Below are positions 40,163 to 54,599 of a stretch of 64,000 nucleotides of DNA, piece after piece (position 1 is the first letter of the stretch; every line of letters starts with the position of its first letter). The notes under the pieces were generated by a model that saw only the letters and a list, made by a program, of their open reading frames with translations, did no database searches and had not been told where the DNA came from. The DNA is taken from NCBI RefSeq assembly GCF_006345805.1, contig NC_042997.1:136524001-136588000 (forward strand), in the 5' to 3' direction. The DNA comes from Octopus sinensis. Taxonomy: Eukaryota. A program made the position numbers and the translations under genes.

Positions 40163-41332
40163 ATACTAGACTGGGTCAAAAGTTTTTCGTATTTCAAGAT
40201 TTGATTAGTTAGAAAAAATCACATACGAAGAGCGTTTATTCATCAAAGTATACCCCTTCATATTTTATAATTTGTTGCCATTGTGGTGTCAGAAACTCAA
40301 TCCTACGCTTATAATATTTGGCTGGTTTAGAGGAAACATACTCCTTGCACCTGTTTTCAACCTCATCCACGTTGCTTAACCTCTGTATCCATGCAGGAAA
40401 TGAGATATGGCCCGGAAAACGCTTGAACTGTAAGCAGGGTAAGATAGCACTTCCAGTCCCTCAAATCACATTACCAGATAGAGAGCTTTCAACGCATCAT
40501 GTATTCGCTGCAGTTATTGAGCATAAAGGTTAGCATTCATAGCTTGACCATCTGAGACAAGATCAAAGTACAACACGCCTTCGATATGCCACCAAACACA
40601 AAACATAACCTTCTGTTCTAACCGACCTTGTTTGGCAAGAGGTTCTGAAACCTAGTCGGGATGAAACCACTGATTTCTCTTAAGATTAAGAAAATAGATT
40701 CATTTTTCCATCTCCAGTTACAATTCGACGCCCAAAACAGGCATTTTGAGGATTTTCCAGTGGTTGTTTGCAAATGTTCACACCTAATTGGTCAATGTCA
40801 TTGGTCACTTCAAGAGGACTTTCTCGACAACGTCTGTTCACAAGGTCGAGCTTATGATGGTGCCGATTGACGGTAGTTTTGTAAAGAATCAAGTTTTGCC
40901 ATCAATGTACGAGTGATTGTGCTTGGCATTTGTTCAACTATTTCAAACAAGGCCTTATTTTCCACAGCAGGTCTCCCTGACCTTGGTTTATTTTTAAGGC
41001 TGGTGTCGCCCTCCTCGAAACGTTTCGACCCTGTTTTAAACCACACCTACGTTGACAGTTCTTGGGTTTTCAAGTCGTTAACTTGTGTTACTGCTGCTCT
41101 TGTACTCAGTCATTTTTTTTCTACAGGTAGCGTAAAACTGCAATTTTTTTACCACTCCTTATCAAAGCAGTAAAATAATGACCATACGATTAATGTTTAT
41201 CTGCTATATATGAAAATAAAAAATAATTCAGAAACGATTGGAAAAGTTATATCAAATTAATGATATAACATGGAGATACAAGTTGCCAAAAATCATCAGT
41301 GAAAAACCGAAAAAACCTCTGTCTCAACTTAG
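40163..41332 (-). mobile_element. Decayed mariner transposon (same family as 54600-55759)
   Basis: WFKTGSKRFEEGDTSLKNKPRSGRP N-terminal motif; end tactagactgggtcaaaagttt matches the inverted end of the second copy; shared aagttgccaaaaatcatcagtgaaaa subterminal segment. Confidence 0.8.
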
Positions 41333-41333
41333 A

Positions 41334-41380
<47 letters not shown>

Positions 41381-41917
41381 GAGATTTCTGTAAGCGTCTG
41401 CGCGTGAACATTTTACATATTTTAGCAGCGTTAAATCTTCTATTGCACAAACATGTTCGTCTCGTTTTATATTACATCGGTGGGCAACTGTTTAATATAT
41501 ACAACGTATATATCTCTTATTTAATGATAATGAGTCTGCTGCTGTTATTTTGCTGTGGGATAGAGAAATATAGCCGTAAATATAAATGTCTTTGTTGGAC
41601 ATAATCAGATAGACATAAAGAGTTTATTTCATGTCAACCGATATGCATGTATGATTGCTTGTGACTGCTTGTATGTATATGTAAATGCATGAATTAATGT
41701 ATACATGCACACTCGTTATGAATACAATGCATGTGTGTATGTGTATGTGTGTGTATGTTTGTGTATGTGTGTGTATGTGTATGTGTGAGTGTGAGAGAGA
41801 GAAAGAGCTTGTGTGTATGTCAGTAAATTACACAAATGTGCTTGTAGAGGAATGAATGTGTATAAACAGTCCAATATTTAGGATTATGTCAGTGTGTATA
41901 GATGTGACAAAGAAAAG

Positions 41918-42180
<263 letters not shown>

Positions 42181-44993
42181 GTTTCTTTATTGGCCACACA
42201 GGGCTGCACACAGATGGGACAAATTACAAGATAGAGCTTTTCTTTTGGGGGATGAAAAAAACAAAAAACAAAAAACAAGAAACAAAAAAATGTGACGTAG
42301 GTTTTCGATCAAAAGGGATCGTAAAAGGGAAAAAAGAAAAAGAAACAAAAGGAAAAGAAACAAAAGAAAAGAAAAAGGAAAAAAGAAGAAAAAAGAGGAA
42401 AAAAGGGGAAGAGGAAAAAAAAACATAAATTGGGATCGTGTATCAGAGTGTCATGATGTACGGTGTAAAGGGGGAAGCAGATAAGGTTTATCCGTGGGAA
42501 GAAAAGCCTACGAAAAAGACCACGGTAACCTCGGTCAATATTGTTGTATGTTACCACATTTGTTTGTAAGTGGGTAACCCTGTTTTCAATTTCTGGGTTC
42601 ATAGGATTATGCTCAAGGTGGCTTCGTCATTCATACGTGCCATCCTTGCTACATTCACCCATCTTTTTTTAAAACATTCGCTAGACAAAACTTGCCTCTC
42701 TACTCTCACTTTCCTTTTCAAGTGGTACTTGAAGAAGTTGATGAGAGATTGACCAGAGAGGAAAGTGTTTGATTCCAATCCTTTCAGACGCGTCCACCAG
42801 ATACATTCTTTCGCCATATCCACAAGGATGATGAAAATAGCTCTTCCTTCCCGTTTGAAAGAAGGAGGCGTGACAATATTGACGATAGACTCAGCTGATA
42901 AACCGACTCGTCCCACACGTAACAGCAGTTGTTCGACATAAGCCCACAGGTCGGAAATTGTTGGACACTGCACGAGTGCGTGCAGAACGGTTTCGTCGCT
43001 CTGACCGCATCTCGGGCAGGTCGGCCCCGTGTTTCTCGAGCCGTGTCTGTAGAGCTTATCCCGAACAGGTAGCGCTTCTCGGTAGCACTGCCAGGTAAGG
43101 GATCTCTGGAAGTTGTCCATGGGCCCTGGCCCGAAAGTCGTCCTGAACAGGCGGGTCAGGTATTCCTCGTCGACGTCCAGGTTCGCCCCGAGCTCGTCGT
43201 CGTACCTCCCCTCCACTAATCCCCTATAGAAAGCTTGAGTTGTGATGGAGTCACTCAGGGTCGACCCGGGACGGCAGAGTTGCTTGAGAGCAACGCGACA
43301 CTCGTGGTGCCATTCGCCCTTCCTCGGCCTCTTTTTGATCCACGACTGCAGTTCGGTCATGGAGACTAGCTGCGGGAAAGCGTGCCTCACAAACGGCGAC
43401 CACACCTGTTCACCGTCGTCTACGAAGAGCCTGAGATGTCGCAGTCTCAGCGCGTGTCTGCGCATCATCAACCACGGCATGCCCAGTCCTCCTTTTAACG
43501 GGTGTTGACAGCAAATGGATCGCCTGATCATCGGGACGCATCCTTTCCACAAGAAGATAAAGAGAATGCGTTCTAGTTTGGTGATGGTAGGGTCGGGACA
43601 AGGCACGATGGTCAGACGGTAATAGATGACGAACGCGATGTACGTGTTCGCCACCTCCGCCCGACCTTTTAGAGACAGTTTCCTCTCGGCCCATTGCCGG
43701 GCGAAAGTGACCACCCTACTCGTTATCTCGTTCCAGTTCTTCTCCATTTGGAGGTCCGGACCGAACCAGACCCCGAGCAACTCGACCGGACCGTCGGTCC
43801 AGCGTCCCACAACGGAGGCGCTGGTGGACGGCATGGGCTTGCTTCTCCAGGTGCCTAGTCGCAAGCCCACTGACTTTTCCTGGTTGATTTTCGCTCCTGT
43901 TACCGCTTCGTAGTTTTTCAGTGTCTCGCCGACCTGCTCGATGTGCTCGTGGCTAGACACTATGACGGTGACGTCGTCCGCGTATGCAGACACGCTCGTC
44001 CCGCATCCCAGTTCTCGCGGGATGCCCCTCAGAGTTGCCAGCTTCCGCAATAATGGCTCGAGAGTCAATACGTATAGAAGCGACGAGAGGGGGCATCCCT
44101 GACGGACCGAACGTGCGATGTCGAAAGGTGTCGATAGATGTCCATTTACGCGAATTACCGAACGGATGCCTCTGTACAAAGCGGCTATCCAGCCGCGGAA
44201 GACGGGATCGAAGCCAGCCGCTCTGAGGGCAGCCTCCAAGTATCGATGGTCTACCCTATCGAAAGCTTTCGATTGATCCAAATTGATCAGCGCCCCATCC
44301 ATGATAGGTTCGTTAACTACCCTGTCTATGATGTAGCGCATCAGGTGGAGGTTGTCATGGATGGTTCGGCCCGGCACGGCGCACGTTTGCGCCTTGTCGA
44401 CCAGTTTCTCGATGACAAGCGCCAACCTCTTGGCTAACACCTTGGCCAAAATTTTCAAGCCTGCATTAAGCAGAGTGATGGGCCTAAAGTTATCTATTAC
44501 ATTTCCCTTGTTTAGATCTTTCTTCAGCAGTGTTACGGCTCCTCGGCTCACAAAACCAGGAATGCTCCCGTTTTGCTACCAGTTGCAGTACACCGCTGCC
44601 AAGACGTCTCCAAACAATTCTGGCATACAACTGTAAAGCCCGTAGGGTAGACCTTCCAAACCCGGCGATTTGTCCCTCGAGCATTCTGCCATCGCGTCCT
44701 GCACTTCCGCCGCCGTGATGGCACCAGCACCCTGCCTCTCTTGTCGAGAGTCGTGGCAGGCTGTGTAGGTAGGCACTGAAGTCCACCCTACGTTCTTCCC
44801 CGCCACTTGTCCCGAACAGTCGGGCAAAATGCTGTTGAAAGGCCTCACACATTTTACTTGGCTCGAGCAATTCGCGCCCCTGTTCATCTACCAGAGACCG
44901 AATGGTGGCTTTGTTGACCTGTTGCGCCTCTGCTACCTGGGCCTCTCTCGCGGCTCCAACACCTGTCAGAGCACGCATCCTAGCTCTGACAGC
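42181..44993 (-). mobile_element. 5'-truncated Tx1/L1-clade non-LTR retrotransposon flanked on both sides by (GATA)n
   Basis: 650-aa open RT ORF with frameshifted upstream part (44551-44993) and about 420-bp 3' UTR ending aataaagaaac; no endonuclease domain retained. Confidence 0.9.
42599..44551 (-). CDS. LINE ORF2 fragment: reverse transcriptase plus C-terminal zinc-binding region
   Basis: NFRPITLLNAGLKILAKVLAKRL, LDQSKAFDRVDH, RQGCPLS, YADD, ELLGVWFG, KLSLKGR, CPRCGQSDETVLHALVQCP. The listed start is a by-product of a frameshift. Confidence 0.85.
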   Translation of the reverse strand: MSRGAVTLLKKDLNKGNVIDNFRPITLLNAGLKILAKVLAKRLALVIEKLVDKAQTCAVPGRTIHDNLHLMRYIIDRVVNEPIMDGALINLDQSKAFDRVDHRYLEAALRAAGFDPVFRGWIAALYRGIRSVIRVNGHLSTPFDIARSVRQGCPLSSLLYVLTLEPLLRKLATLRGIPRELGCGTSVSAYADDVTVIVSSHEHIEQVGETLKNYEAVTGAKINQEKSVGLRLGTWRSKPMPSTSASVVGRWTDGPVELLGVWFGPDLQMEKNWNEITSRVVTFARQWAERKLSLKGRAEVANTYIAFVIYYRLTIVPCPDPTITKLERILFIFLWKGCVPMIRRSICCQHPLKGGLGMPWLMMRRHALRLRHLRLFVDDGEQVWSPFVRHAFPQLVSMTELQSWIKKRPRKGEWHHECRVALKQLCRPGSTLSDSITTQAFYRGLVEGRYDDELGANLDVDEEYLTRLFRTTFGPGPMDNFQRSLTWQCYREALPVRDKLYRHGSRNTGPTCPRCGQSDETVLHALVQCPTISDLWAYVEQLLLRVGRVGLSAESIVNIVTPPSFKREGRAIFIILVDMAKECIWWTRLKGLESNTFLSGQSLINFFKYHLKRKVRVERQVLSSECFKKRWVNVARMARMNDEATLSIIL

Positions 44994-45091
<98 letters not shown>
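44994..45091. repeat. (GATA)n microsatellite at the LINE 5' junction
   Basis: Directly visible. Confidence 0.95.
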
Positions 45092-45807
45092 TAAGAAGAC
45101 AAACGGTTATATCGACAGGCACATAGGTAGGTAAACATATATATACACACATAGGATTAAGTCACCCGACAGTAAGTCAAAATTCCATAAATACTATCTG
45201 TAATTCTGTATTGACTCGAATGGGAAAATGTGTCGCTCAAGAAAGACTTCAGTTTGAACAATTTTCATGATATTTCATATTTAGATGTTTTTTATTAAAT
45301 TCATTCAATTGTTAAACATAAATAAATCCTGGAATTAAATGGTTTTGATTTACTGTCAGGTGACTTTTGGCCAACCCTGTATGTATATATATATAAGTAT
45401 GGGTAGCACATTCTTTTGTTTGATTTCTTTTAAGGCGTGACTATCTTCAATAAAATCTAGACGCCAACAGGTCATCCGGTACTGCTACTACAGCCATCAG
45501 TTATTGGGGTTTATTGACTGAATTGATAAATGATTCTTATGGTGACCTTAACATTAAGAATAGCATCCTTAATATTGGTTGGATTGTTTATTTGTTTGGG
45601 TTCCTTCCCTATTCTACAATGTGTTATTTCCTTTCAATTTTTTTCTTTTTAATTCCAGAAACGATGTTTTGTTATGTTTACATGACATGATCACCTCAAA
45701 CTACCTATTCATCACGTTTTCCCCTGGATGTGATGATTTCCATAGTCTCTTTTAAGCATGGGTTGCAAACCCGTGATGTTCCGTTATATGCTGTTGCATA
45801 TTTTATA

Positions 45808-45887
<80 letters not shown>

Positions 45888-45974
45888 GACAATGGGGGGA
45901 GACCCACTTCGGTCATGAATAACCATGAGATTGCACCGAGAAAGTCCGGGGGCAAGGTTGTTTATGGGAGATAT

Positions 45975-46200
45975 AATCGGCTTAATCTGTTTGTCTGTCC
46001 TTGTTTGTCCTTTCTGTGTAGTAAAGAAATAGGTATTTCGTCTGCCGTTACGTTCTGAGTTCAAATTCCGCCGAGGTCGACTTTGCCTTTCATCCTTTCG
46101 GGGTCGATAAATTAAGTACCAGTTGCGTACTGGTGTCGATCTAATAGACTGGTTCACTCTCCTAAAATTTCGAGCCTTGTGCCTAGTGTAGAAAAGAATA
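45975..46200 (+). mobile_element. SINE family B: tail of one unit joined to a head-less unit
   Basis: ttaatctgtttgtctgtccttgtttgtcc...gtaaagaaata|ggtatttcgtctgcc junction at 46031/46032. Confidence 0.8.
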
Positions 46201-46409
46201 AATTAATTTGTACATAACTATAGTTTAAATAACAGAGAATGAATCACTTTAGTGTATTTACAGTATGTTCGGGCTAAATTTGACGATTTTTATGACTCCT
46301 TTTCTCAACACCAGCTTGATATATTGCTGAAGAACCAAAAGCATTATGAGCATGAAAATTAAAGCTGTAGTTGAGAAAAAGTTAGCTGACAATATTTTAA
46401 ATTTTGATA

Positions 46410-46789
46410 CAAGGCCAGCAATTTCAGAGGAAGGGATAAGTCAATTGTATCGACCCCAGTGTTCAACAGGTACTTATTTTATCGTCTCCGAAAGGATGAA
46501 AGACAAAATCGACCCCGGCAACATTTGAACTCTGAAAGTCGGAAGAAATACCTATTTCTGTTTCTTTACTACCCACAAGGGGCTAAACACAAGGAGGACA
46601 GACAAACGGATTAAGTCGATTATATCGACCCCAATGCGTAACTTATTTATCGTACTTATTTATCGACCCCGAAAGGATGAAAGGCAAAGTCGACCTCGGC
46701 GGAATTTGAACTCAGAACGTAACGGCAGACGAAATACCGCTAAGCATTTCGCCCGGCGTGCTAAAGATTCTGCCAGCTCGCCGCCTTGA
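46410..46789 (-). mobile_element. SINE family B: headed unit with Tx1-like tail joined to a head-less unit
   Basis: Head at about 46735-46789; junction gaaatacc|tatttc at 46552/46553. Confidence 0.8.
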
Positions 46790-46849
46790 AAAAGTTAGCT
46801 GCCATGGAGGACTGAAAACCGTTTGAACATTGGGAAAATTTTACCTGTG

Positions 46850-47198
46850 TCATGGTGATCCTCGCCGGGTATCAAAATGCCGACGTCAATGGTCTGTGAA
46901 CACTGTAAAGGCTGTATAACGTGACATGGACAGCTGCAACGGAGACTACGAAGCCATGACCAACAGGAAGGGATACAGTAGGATTTTTGACTGCGTTCAC
47001 ACGTCGCGCTTTATCTGCACATCGTTGAACAGGACTTTAGGCTGAATTCAGAGGCTATGTGAAGCTGCTGGAGACTGTGGTCAAACCCTGGATGGAGAGG
47101 TTTGCCGCTGTAATGCCAAGTGTGTTGCAGCAGGATTCAGCTCCTTGCGATACCTCTGGAAGGAGTCAGAAGTGGTTGTCGGAGAATTTCTACAACTA
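46850..47198 (+). mobile_element. Tc1/mariner-superfamily transposase fragment (second fragment at about 47739-47848)
   Basis: VKLLETVVKPWMER...LQQDSAPCDTSGRSQKWLSENF; subfamily cannot be assigned because the third acidic residue is missing. Confidence 0.65.
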
Positions 47199-47274
47199 TA
47201 CTTCAATTTTTGGATGGGTTATTGTGTTTTCTTTTCTTTTCAAGCAGACTGTCAAATTTAGCCCGAACACTATT

Positions 47275-47506
47275 CTTTTATTCTTTTATTTGTTTCAGTC
47301 AACTGACTGTGGCTATGCTGGAGCACCGCCTTTAGTCGAACAAGTCGACCCCAGAACTTATTCTTTGTAAGCCTAGTATTTATTCTATCAGTCTCTTTGC
47401 CGAACTACTAAGTTACGGGGACGTAAACACAACAGCATCGGTTGTCAAGCGATGTTGGGGGGGGACAAACACAGACACACAAACACAAACACACAAACAC
47501 GCATAT

Positions 47507-47556
<50 letters not shown>

Positions 47557-47716
47557 CGGGCTTCTTTCAGTTTCTGTTTACCAAATCCACTCACAAGGCT
47601 TTGGTCTGCCCGAAGCTATAGTAGAAGACACTTGCCCAAGGTGCCACACAGTGGGACTGAAGCCGAAACCATGTGGTTGGTAAGCAAGCTACTTACCACA
47701 CAGCCACGCCTGCGCC
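47275..47716 (-). mobile_element. SINE family A, full length, with internal (TA)n
   Basis: Collinear with 3204-3555. Confidence 0.88.
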
Positions 47717-48919
47717 TATTTTCTCAAGTAATTAATATTATGGATGGAGAGGGTTGCTGCTGTAAGGCCAAATGTGTGCCAGCAGGATTCGGCTCCTTGC
47801 CATACCTCTGGAAAGAGTCAAAAGTGGTTGTCGGGGAATTTCTACAGCTATGTTTATTTAGATAACCAATTCTGCATCTATATTTATTTTTCCTAATCTT
47901 GCGGTTGTTTTGTAGGTTTGTGGTGTGTTGTGGTTATGTTTGTTTGAATATTGTTCTGTTGTCAGTTCGAGTTGGTTAGCTAGAATTGTTTTGCCTTTAC
48001 TGAACACTCACACGTTGTCTTCGACGGAAAATTCCATCATCATCACCATCATCATCTTCATCATCATTACCTCCATCATCAGTATCATCAGCATCATCCT
48101 CATATATGAAAAACAAAATAGTTAAACCGGTGAGATTTGAGCTCAGAAATGTAAAATGGACATAATTAAATACTACAATACATTTTGTTAGATGCTCTTC
48201 TACTTCAACTGCCCTCCACTACCCTTCCGGTCACTTCTAAATATTAAAGCAAACATGAAGATGAGGTTATTATAATGCCATTAATTAATAATTGTGAGAG
48301 TAATATTTAATTATTTGGAAATTCAATAAAAACATTAAATTGAATAAAATGAATAAATATTTTAATATTCTTTAACTTGTTTTTCTTTAATTGTAATATC
48401 TTTAAAACATTCACTGAACGATTAATTTTAATATTAATTACTTGAGAAAACTTTTAACTATGATTACATTTCTAATTAAAAAGGATCGCCTTTTAACCAT
48501 CCACAGGCCACTTGCTCCTTTCTACAAATGCTGCGAATAGACAACTTATCGTTACAATTACGTAAAAGTAAGTGCTACAGAATCTCGATCTGAAAAACAC
48601 AACAGCCAAATTTCCCTCAAATCATACCATAGCAAATTAGAAAAGGCATTTGCATGATTCCTTTAGTTCCCGTGACATGAGGTCACAGGGAGAAAATGCC
48701 ACCTTTATTTCCGGCGTTCTTGGGTTTGTTCGATCAAAGCCGACTGAGATCAAACAACAACAAATACAATTCAGCAATACATTTGTCTTGGATTTTTATA
48801 CATAAACCTTTGAGATCATGCCTCAGCACTAAATATTATGACACAAAAGACAGCACAAGCAAATGAACCACGAATTCTCAGACATCAGAATTACATTTGA
48901 AGTTATATCTTGTATCATA

Positions 48920-49130
48920 TTTTGGTTTCAAGTTTTAGTACAATGCCAGCAATTTCGGAGTAGGAACTAAGCCGACTACATAGACATCAATGTTCAACTG
49001 GTATTTATTTTATCAATCCTGAGAGGGTGAAAGGCAAAGTCGGACCTTGGCGGCATTTGAACTCCGAACGTTAAGTAGGATGAAGTGCCGCCGGGCATTT
49101 TGCCCAGAAGCAAACGATTCTGCTACCTCG
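48920..49130 (-). mobile_element. SINE family B, diverged
   Basis: gaaaggcaaagtcgg...atttgaactc...gcattttgcc...aacgattctg. Confidence 0.7.
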
Positions 49131-49174
49131 ACGGTTTGCTCGTATCATATATTAAAGCTGGAAACAATTTCAAA

Positions 49175-49251
<77 letters not shown>

Positions 49252-49284
49252 GATGAAGGAGCTGTTCTAGTTTACGCCACGACA

Positions 49285-49600
49285 TGCGAACTTAAACAAA
49301 CTCACGAAATGTATAATGTTCACAAATACAAACAATGCCATTTTCTTCAAACTTCCCACAAATTTTCCAGTGCGACCTCGTCTCGATTCTAGCGTTCAAA
49401 CACTTAACGTCATTTGAATTTAATACTATTAGAAAACATATCAACGTCACAACACCTCGTTTGTCTTTTCTGTAGAATTTTGAACATTTAAAAGATATCC
49501 GTCAAACAAAATCTATAGACTAGGCAGGCCGTGAGTGGACAGCAAAAGACACGTCCTCCTCCATTTTTCTAGCTCATCAACCAACATCTCTTCCGGTAAA
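49285..49600 (-). promoter_or_regulatory. Possible promoter and first coding exon of a minus-strand gene
   Basis: ETS-like accggaag near 49590; aaaATGG start encoding MALFVFVNIIHF, followed directly by the donor-like GTGAGT. No linked downstream exon identified. Confidence 0.2.
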
Positions 49601-51394
49601 CACACGCACACGCCCTAACGCGCGTGCGCACGCACACAGAGATTCACATGCAACTATGTACGCATAGGTATATGTATGTAAGCTTCCACTTGAATGTGTA
49701 TATGCGTGCGTCTTTTAAGTGTTTTCACCATTTCAGTCCTTTCCTCCTCACCTGCAGCTTGTCTCATACAATCCTAATGTTCAATAATTCACTTAACCTG
49801 GCTTTCATTCGACCTGCTTCCATACACAACTTTTGTCAGATTAACCTCTCACTTTACCTCCTCCGATGCCGTTCTTCTTCCATATATTCATATTACTTCC
49901 TACTACTAACATTGTCCATTAAGCTCCCCTCCTCTCCCTCCTCATTTTTCACTTACTTCCTAACTATCGTGGTCTTAATCTCTATAATTTTTTTTCTTTC
50001 CGGAGAAGAATTAACCAAAATGTTAAATTTTTACTCTTCTCACATCAAATTAATTTGCGGTATTATAGTTGATCTGTGAGCTTTTAGGGATAAACTTTTG
50101 CCAACTCAAACCGCCACCAGTTTCCTTAGATTCTGAATCTTATTTTACAATGTGTAGATTTTTTTAGCGTTGAAAAATAATTGTGATAGCTATGAAAGAT
50201 ATTTAACTCAACTATTTGTGGTTCTGTTCGAGAGATGCAAATACTAACTCTTTTATTGAAACGTGTTTTATTCAAGGTAACGATTACATCAGAAAATGTT
50301 ACGAGCAGGCCAAACGCATCTCTACAAATTCCATTAGCTAATAATATTTAATAGAAGGGAGTTCTGATTGAATAAGGTTTCTGGCAATAATCAAGTCGTT
50401 TCAAATAGCGCCAAAAGCTTTAGAATACGTTACAACTCACAATAGCAATTCCTTTGCTGTAACTAAATTATAATTATGCTTATTATATACAACTGAATTT
50501 TAGTGTCATTTTTGTATTTAATTCTGCATTCGTAATTTTATTATAGATGCACAGCATAGTCAAAATCTTTGTACATGTAAGTAGGAAGGTGACCCTACGG
50601 ACGGAATGACTTCTTAATAAGGAATTGTAAAGGGAATTTGGTCTAGTCAAGGCATTTGTTATGATAAAACTTCTTAACCTTTCTTTGTGGTGTCAGATGA
50701 ATATAGTACAGTCAAGCGTTTGAAAACAATTTTCTGGTTTGTTTAATCTCTAAAGAATTTAGCATCAAAGAAAACGAAATAATAATATAGTGATTAAGAT
50801 AAACGTCGAACATTGTAAGAATCCTTCTAATTTAAAACATCGTTTTTAAGATAGGCATGAAAATTGAAAAAGCGGTCAACATTTTAGTGAAGAAGATAGT
50901 AGAAAAATCTTTCAAAAGGTGATACAAATATCCAGTCAGGCACACCTACAGTTTAAAACATTCTCTTTAAGGTAGGCATGACTTCCAACGTGAAAATCGA
51001 AAATGGCGGCCAAAATCCAAGATGGCGTCCGACATTAAAAATTTACAATTGAAATGAACAGGAAATAAGTCTTATTATGATAAACATTATTTATTATGCA
51101 ATATTTTACACAAATAGCCTTATATTTACCTTTTGAAGGATTTTTCTACTATCCTCTTTACTAATTCAGGTTATAAATGTCAGGCGAAGCTACATATCAA
51201 GCAGGGCACATATCAAAGTTAATGCTTCTATGCTAGTGAGCAAGCGGATTAACATGCAAATAAACCCTCTAAAAGAAGTTAAGTACTACCGCGATTATCG
51301 TTAATTATAAATCAAGATAATTTGCCAGAGTGTTTGGTGTTGCCGACAAAATATGCAAATTCACATACAAAATTAAAATTGACAACTACATTAA

Positions 51395-51616
51395 TATATA
51401 TTAGTTTCGATTTTTGGTGCAAGCCCATTAATTTCCGGAGAGGGCTTAAGTCAATTACATAGACCCCAGCGCTCAACTGGTACTTATTTTGTCGATCCCG
51501 AAAGGATGAAAAGCAAAGTCGACCTCAGTGGAATTTGAACTCAGAACGTAATGACGGACGAAAAGCCGCTAAGCATTTTTCTGGTGAGGTAACAATTCTG
51601 CCAACTCGCCGCCTTT
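51395..51616 (-). mobile_element. SINE family B
   Basis: ctggtacttattttgtcgatcccgaaaggatgaaaagcaaagtcgacc...ctcgccgcc. Confidence 0.8.
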
Positions 51617-51805
51617 CACATTAACATATATTACGATGAACAAATGTACATTATTTCGTTTTTATGTTTGGTTTGCGAGATTATTGATGTGAACCCGTGT
51701 GTTGAAACAAATTTTGTTATCTCTCGGGACGGTCATTATGCCAATTATAAATGCACACAGTGGTTTTATTTCACTTCTTTTATTACTATTACGAGTTAAT
51801 TGTTA

Positions 51806-51925
51806 AGGCGGTGAGCTGGCAGAATCGTTAGCACGCCGAGCAGAATGCTTAGGGATATTTCTTTACATTCTGAGTTCAAACTCCTCCCCCAAAATCGCTG
51901 ACCTTGTGCCAAAATTTGAAACCAT
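51806..51925 (+). mobile_element. SINE family B, internally deleted
   Basis: aaggcggtgagctggcagaatcgttagcacgcc...ttctgagttcaaa joined to the tail accttgtgccaaaatttgaaacc. Confidence 0.75.
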
Positions 51926-53883
51926 TATTAACGAATCGGTTAATCAATTAACTAATCGCTTAGTCGTTCGATCAGTTAATCAGTTAGGTTTGTCAACGTC
52001 ATTTCATTGCTATTCGCGATTTCACCAATGACATGACCTCTCAACTCTTGGTCTGCCTCAGGTCTTTCTATATTTATAGAGATTCCAGTGAGAGAATATG
52101 TGGGAGAGAGAGAGGGATGCATAGCACATTCAAAATATCCAAGCATGCACATGCAGATAAAACCAAGAGGCTGCTTATTTCAACTCCTACAACAGCAAAT
52201 TGCTAAAAATATAATTAACGATTAACAATTATTAATCATAACCTAATCACTTCTTGGCTGTACACTAGAACTTATCCACATAAACAAATAATTAAAACTG
52301 TTGGGACACTAGTATTATTCGATGTACCTAATTTGATATACATACAAGTCTATAAACTAAAGCAAAAATATTTCATAAGAGCTATTTAACAACAAACAAA
52401 ACCGTTAGATTCACTTAAAATTTTAAAATATTTCATTTATTTTTTTATAATTTATTTTCTTTTGTAGTTGCAGTGAAATTGCGTCGTGACCGGGTTGTTG
52501 TTGGGCGACAAAAATATTGGACATTTCATGAAATCAATTTAAAGTGAATTTGACAGCTTTATATTTTATTAAATAGCTATAATGATTACTCCGCTATGCA
52601 GTTGCTTCACTTTCAACGGACGATCTCGGATCAAATCAGTTGCTAGGCAAGTACAACTTCGAAATATAAATAAACTTCTCATTTAAAAATTGAAAACATT
52701 GCAAATTATAGCAATAAGCAGTTGCATTGGAACTAATAAGCCATTAGTCATATTCTTGAAGTAATCTAATTGCATTTAAATATATGATTTTTATTAATTT
52801 GTTGTGTATGTATGTACGTACATGCACATAGATATACATATTTATAGTGATATAACACACATAACACACATACAGACATATATGCACATATACGTACATA
52901 CATTCATACCAACATACATTCATGCATTTGTTCATTCATACATCCCTTCATTCATTCATTCATGCATACATACATACATGCATACATGTATGCATACACG
53001 CATACATACACACATGCATACATACAGATATACATACATACATATATACATACATGCCTATATACATGCATGCATTCATATATATATATACATGCATACA
53101 TACATACATATATATACATACATGCCATACCTTCTGAATAACAACCAACTACTGTTCACTAATTTATAACCAACTAACATAACAGTTTTTTTCTGAAATC
53201 AACCAATCGCAGCATAATCTGCAGTGTATAATATAATCTACAACCTGTCTACATTATTCACTTAATAAACCGGCCATTGATTGCATATTTGCTAGCAAAA
53301 ACCAAAATGAAAGGAAATTATAGTTATACTTGATGCTACACCTTTTATACAGAATAAAGGACACAATTAGTGAAAGTCAATGCTATACAGTTTACCATGC
53401 TTTTTTTTTCCTTACCTGTTATCTAGGGCAATTACAATATCGAGCATACAAATACAGAAACCAAACCAATGTACTTCAACTCAGAATTATACTTTTAATT
53501 TCAATGCGCTAGTTAGTGACAATATTTCCTTATATTCCAGCTCAGTTTAGCATTATATCATAATATAAACATATATAGGTGTAAAATATATTTGATAGAC
53601 GTGATTATAATGTATATATAACTTGGTATGGTGCGTATAAACACTTTGACATTATATATAGTAAATGGTATTGGTAAAACATGCATATGTGCACATTTTT
53701 TTATAAATAGTGATTTTCCAGATCATACCTACCTAAAACATCAGACAATGAGTTATATTTTATCTTATTTTATCTTATATTATTTTGTTTTGTTTTTATT
53801 TAGTGCATATTCTTTGTTTAGAGCATATATAATTGAACGTATAGCAGGACATATGCATATCGAAAAATATTTATCAAATGCAA

Positions 53884-53994
<111 letters not shown>

Positions 53995-54319
53995 ATAAGA
54001 ATGTACCTTCAAAGCAGCTGGAAAAAATAATATTCAAATATCAAAGATAGGGGTAAATATAGTAAAAACTTTCGCAAACTATTACTCTGGGTTTCACGTA
54101 AACCGCTCATCTGATTCAAAGTAACTAACTGTGAAATATTGCGGCTTCAGTAAAGCACTGCGTGTGTGTTGCTGACGGTGACTTCGAAGTTTCTGCTCGG
54201 TTACCTCCGTCAGTCAATTGAAGGTAACTGAGCTTCAAAACTGCTGCCACTTTTGCTAAAATAAAATTGATACTCTTACCTAAATGTATAGAGTGGGTCC
54301 TCCAATATATTTTTTACTG

Positions 54320-54385
<66 letters not shown>

Positions 54386-54599
54386 TGTGTGTGTATACGT
54401 ATACTTGAAATTTACAGAAAAACAAAAGACGAAGACAGGTGTATGAACAACAAGCAGGTGTGTTAGTCTAACGCTCGGGTAAGTGAGAAAGTCTTTTACA
54501 TTTCGAGCCTATGCTCTTCAACAGGAAGGAATAAGAGAAAATAAACTGAGAGAGAATTTTAAAAAACTTGTGCATTTAGCGAAATTACATACGCAAAGC

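Noticed and set aside
50999-51360. YY1-like (aaaatggcggcc, caagatggcg) and octamer (atgcaaat x2) motifs
   Set aside because: Short motifs expected by chance or inside repeats; no evidence of function from the sequence alone.
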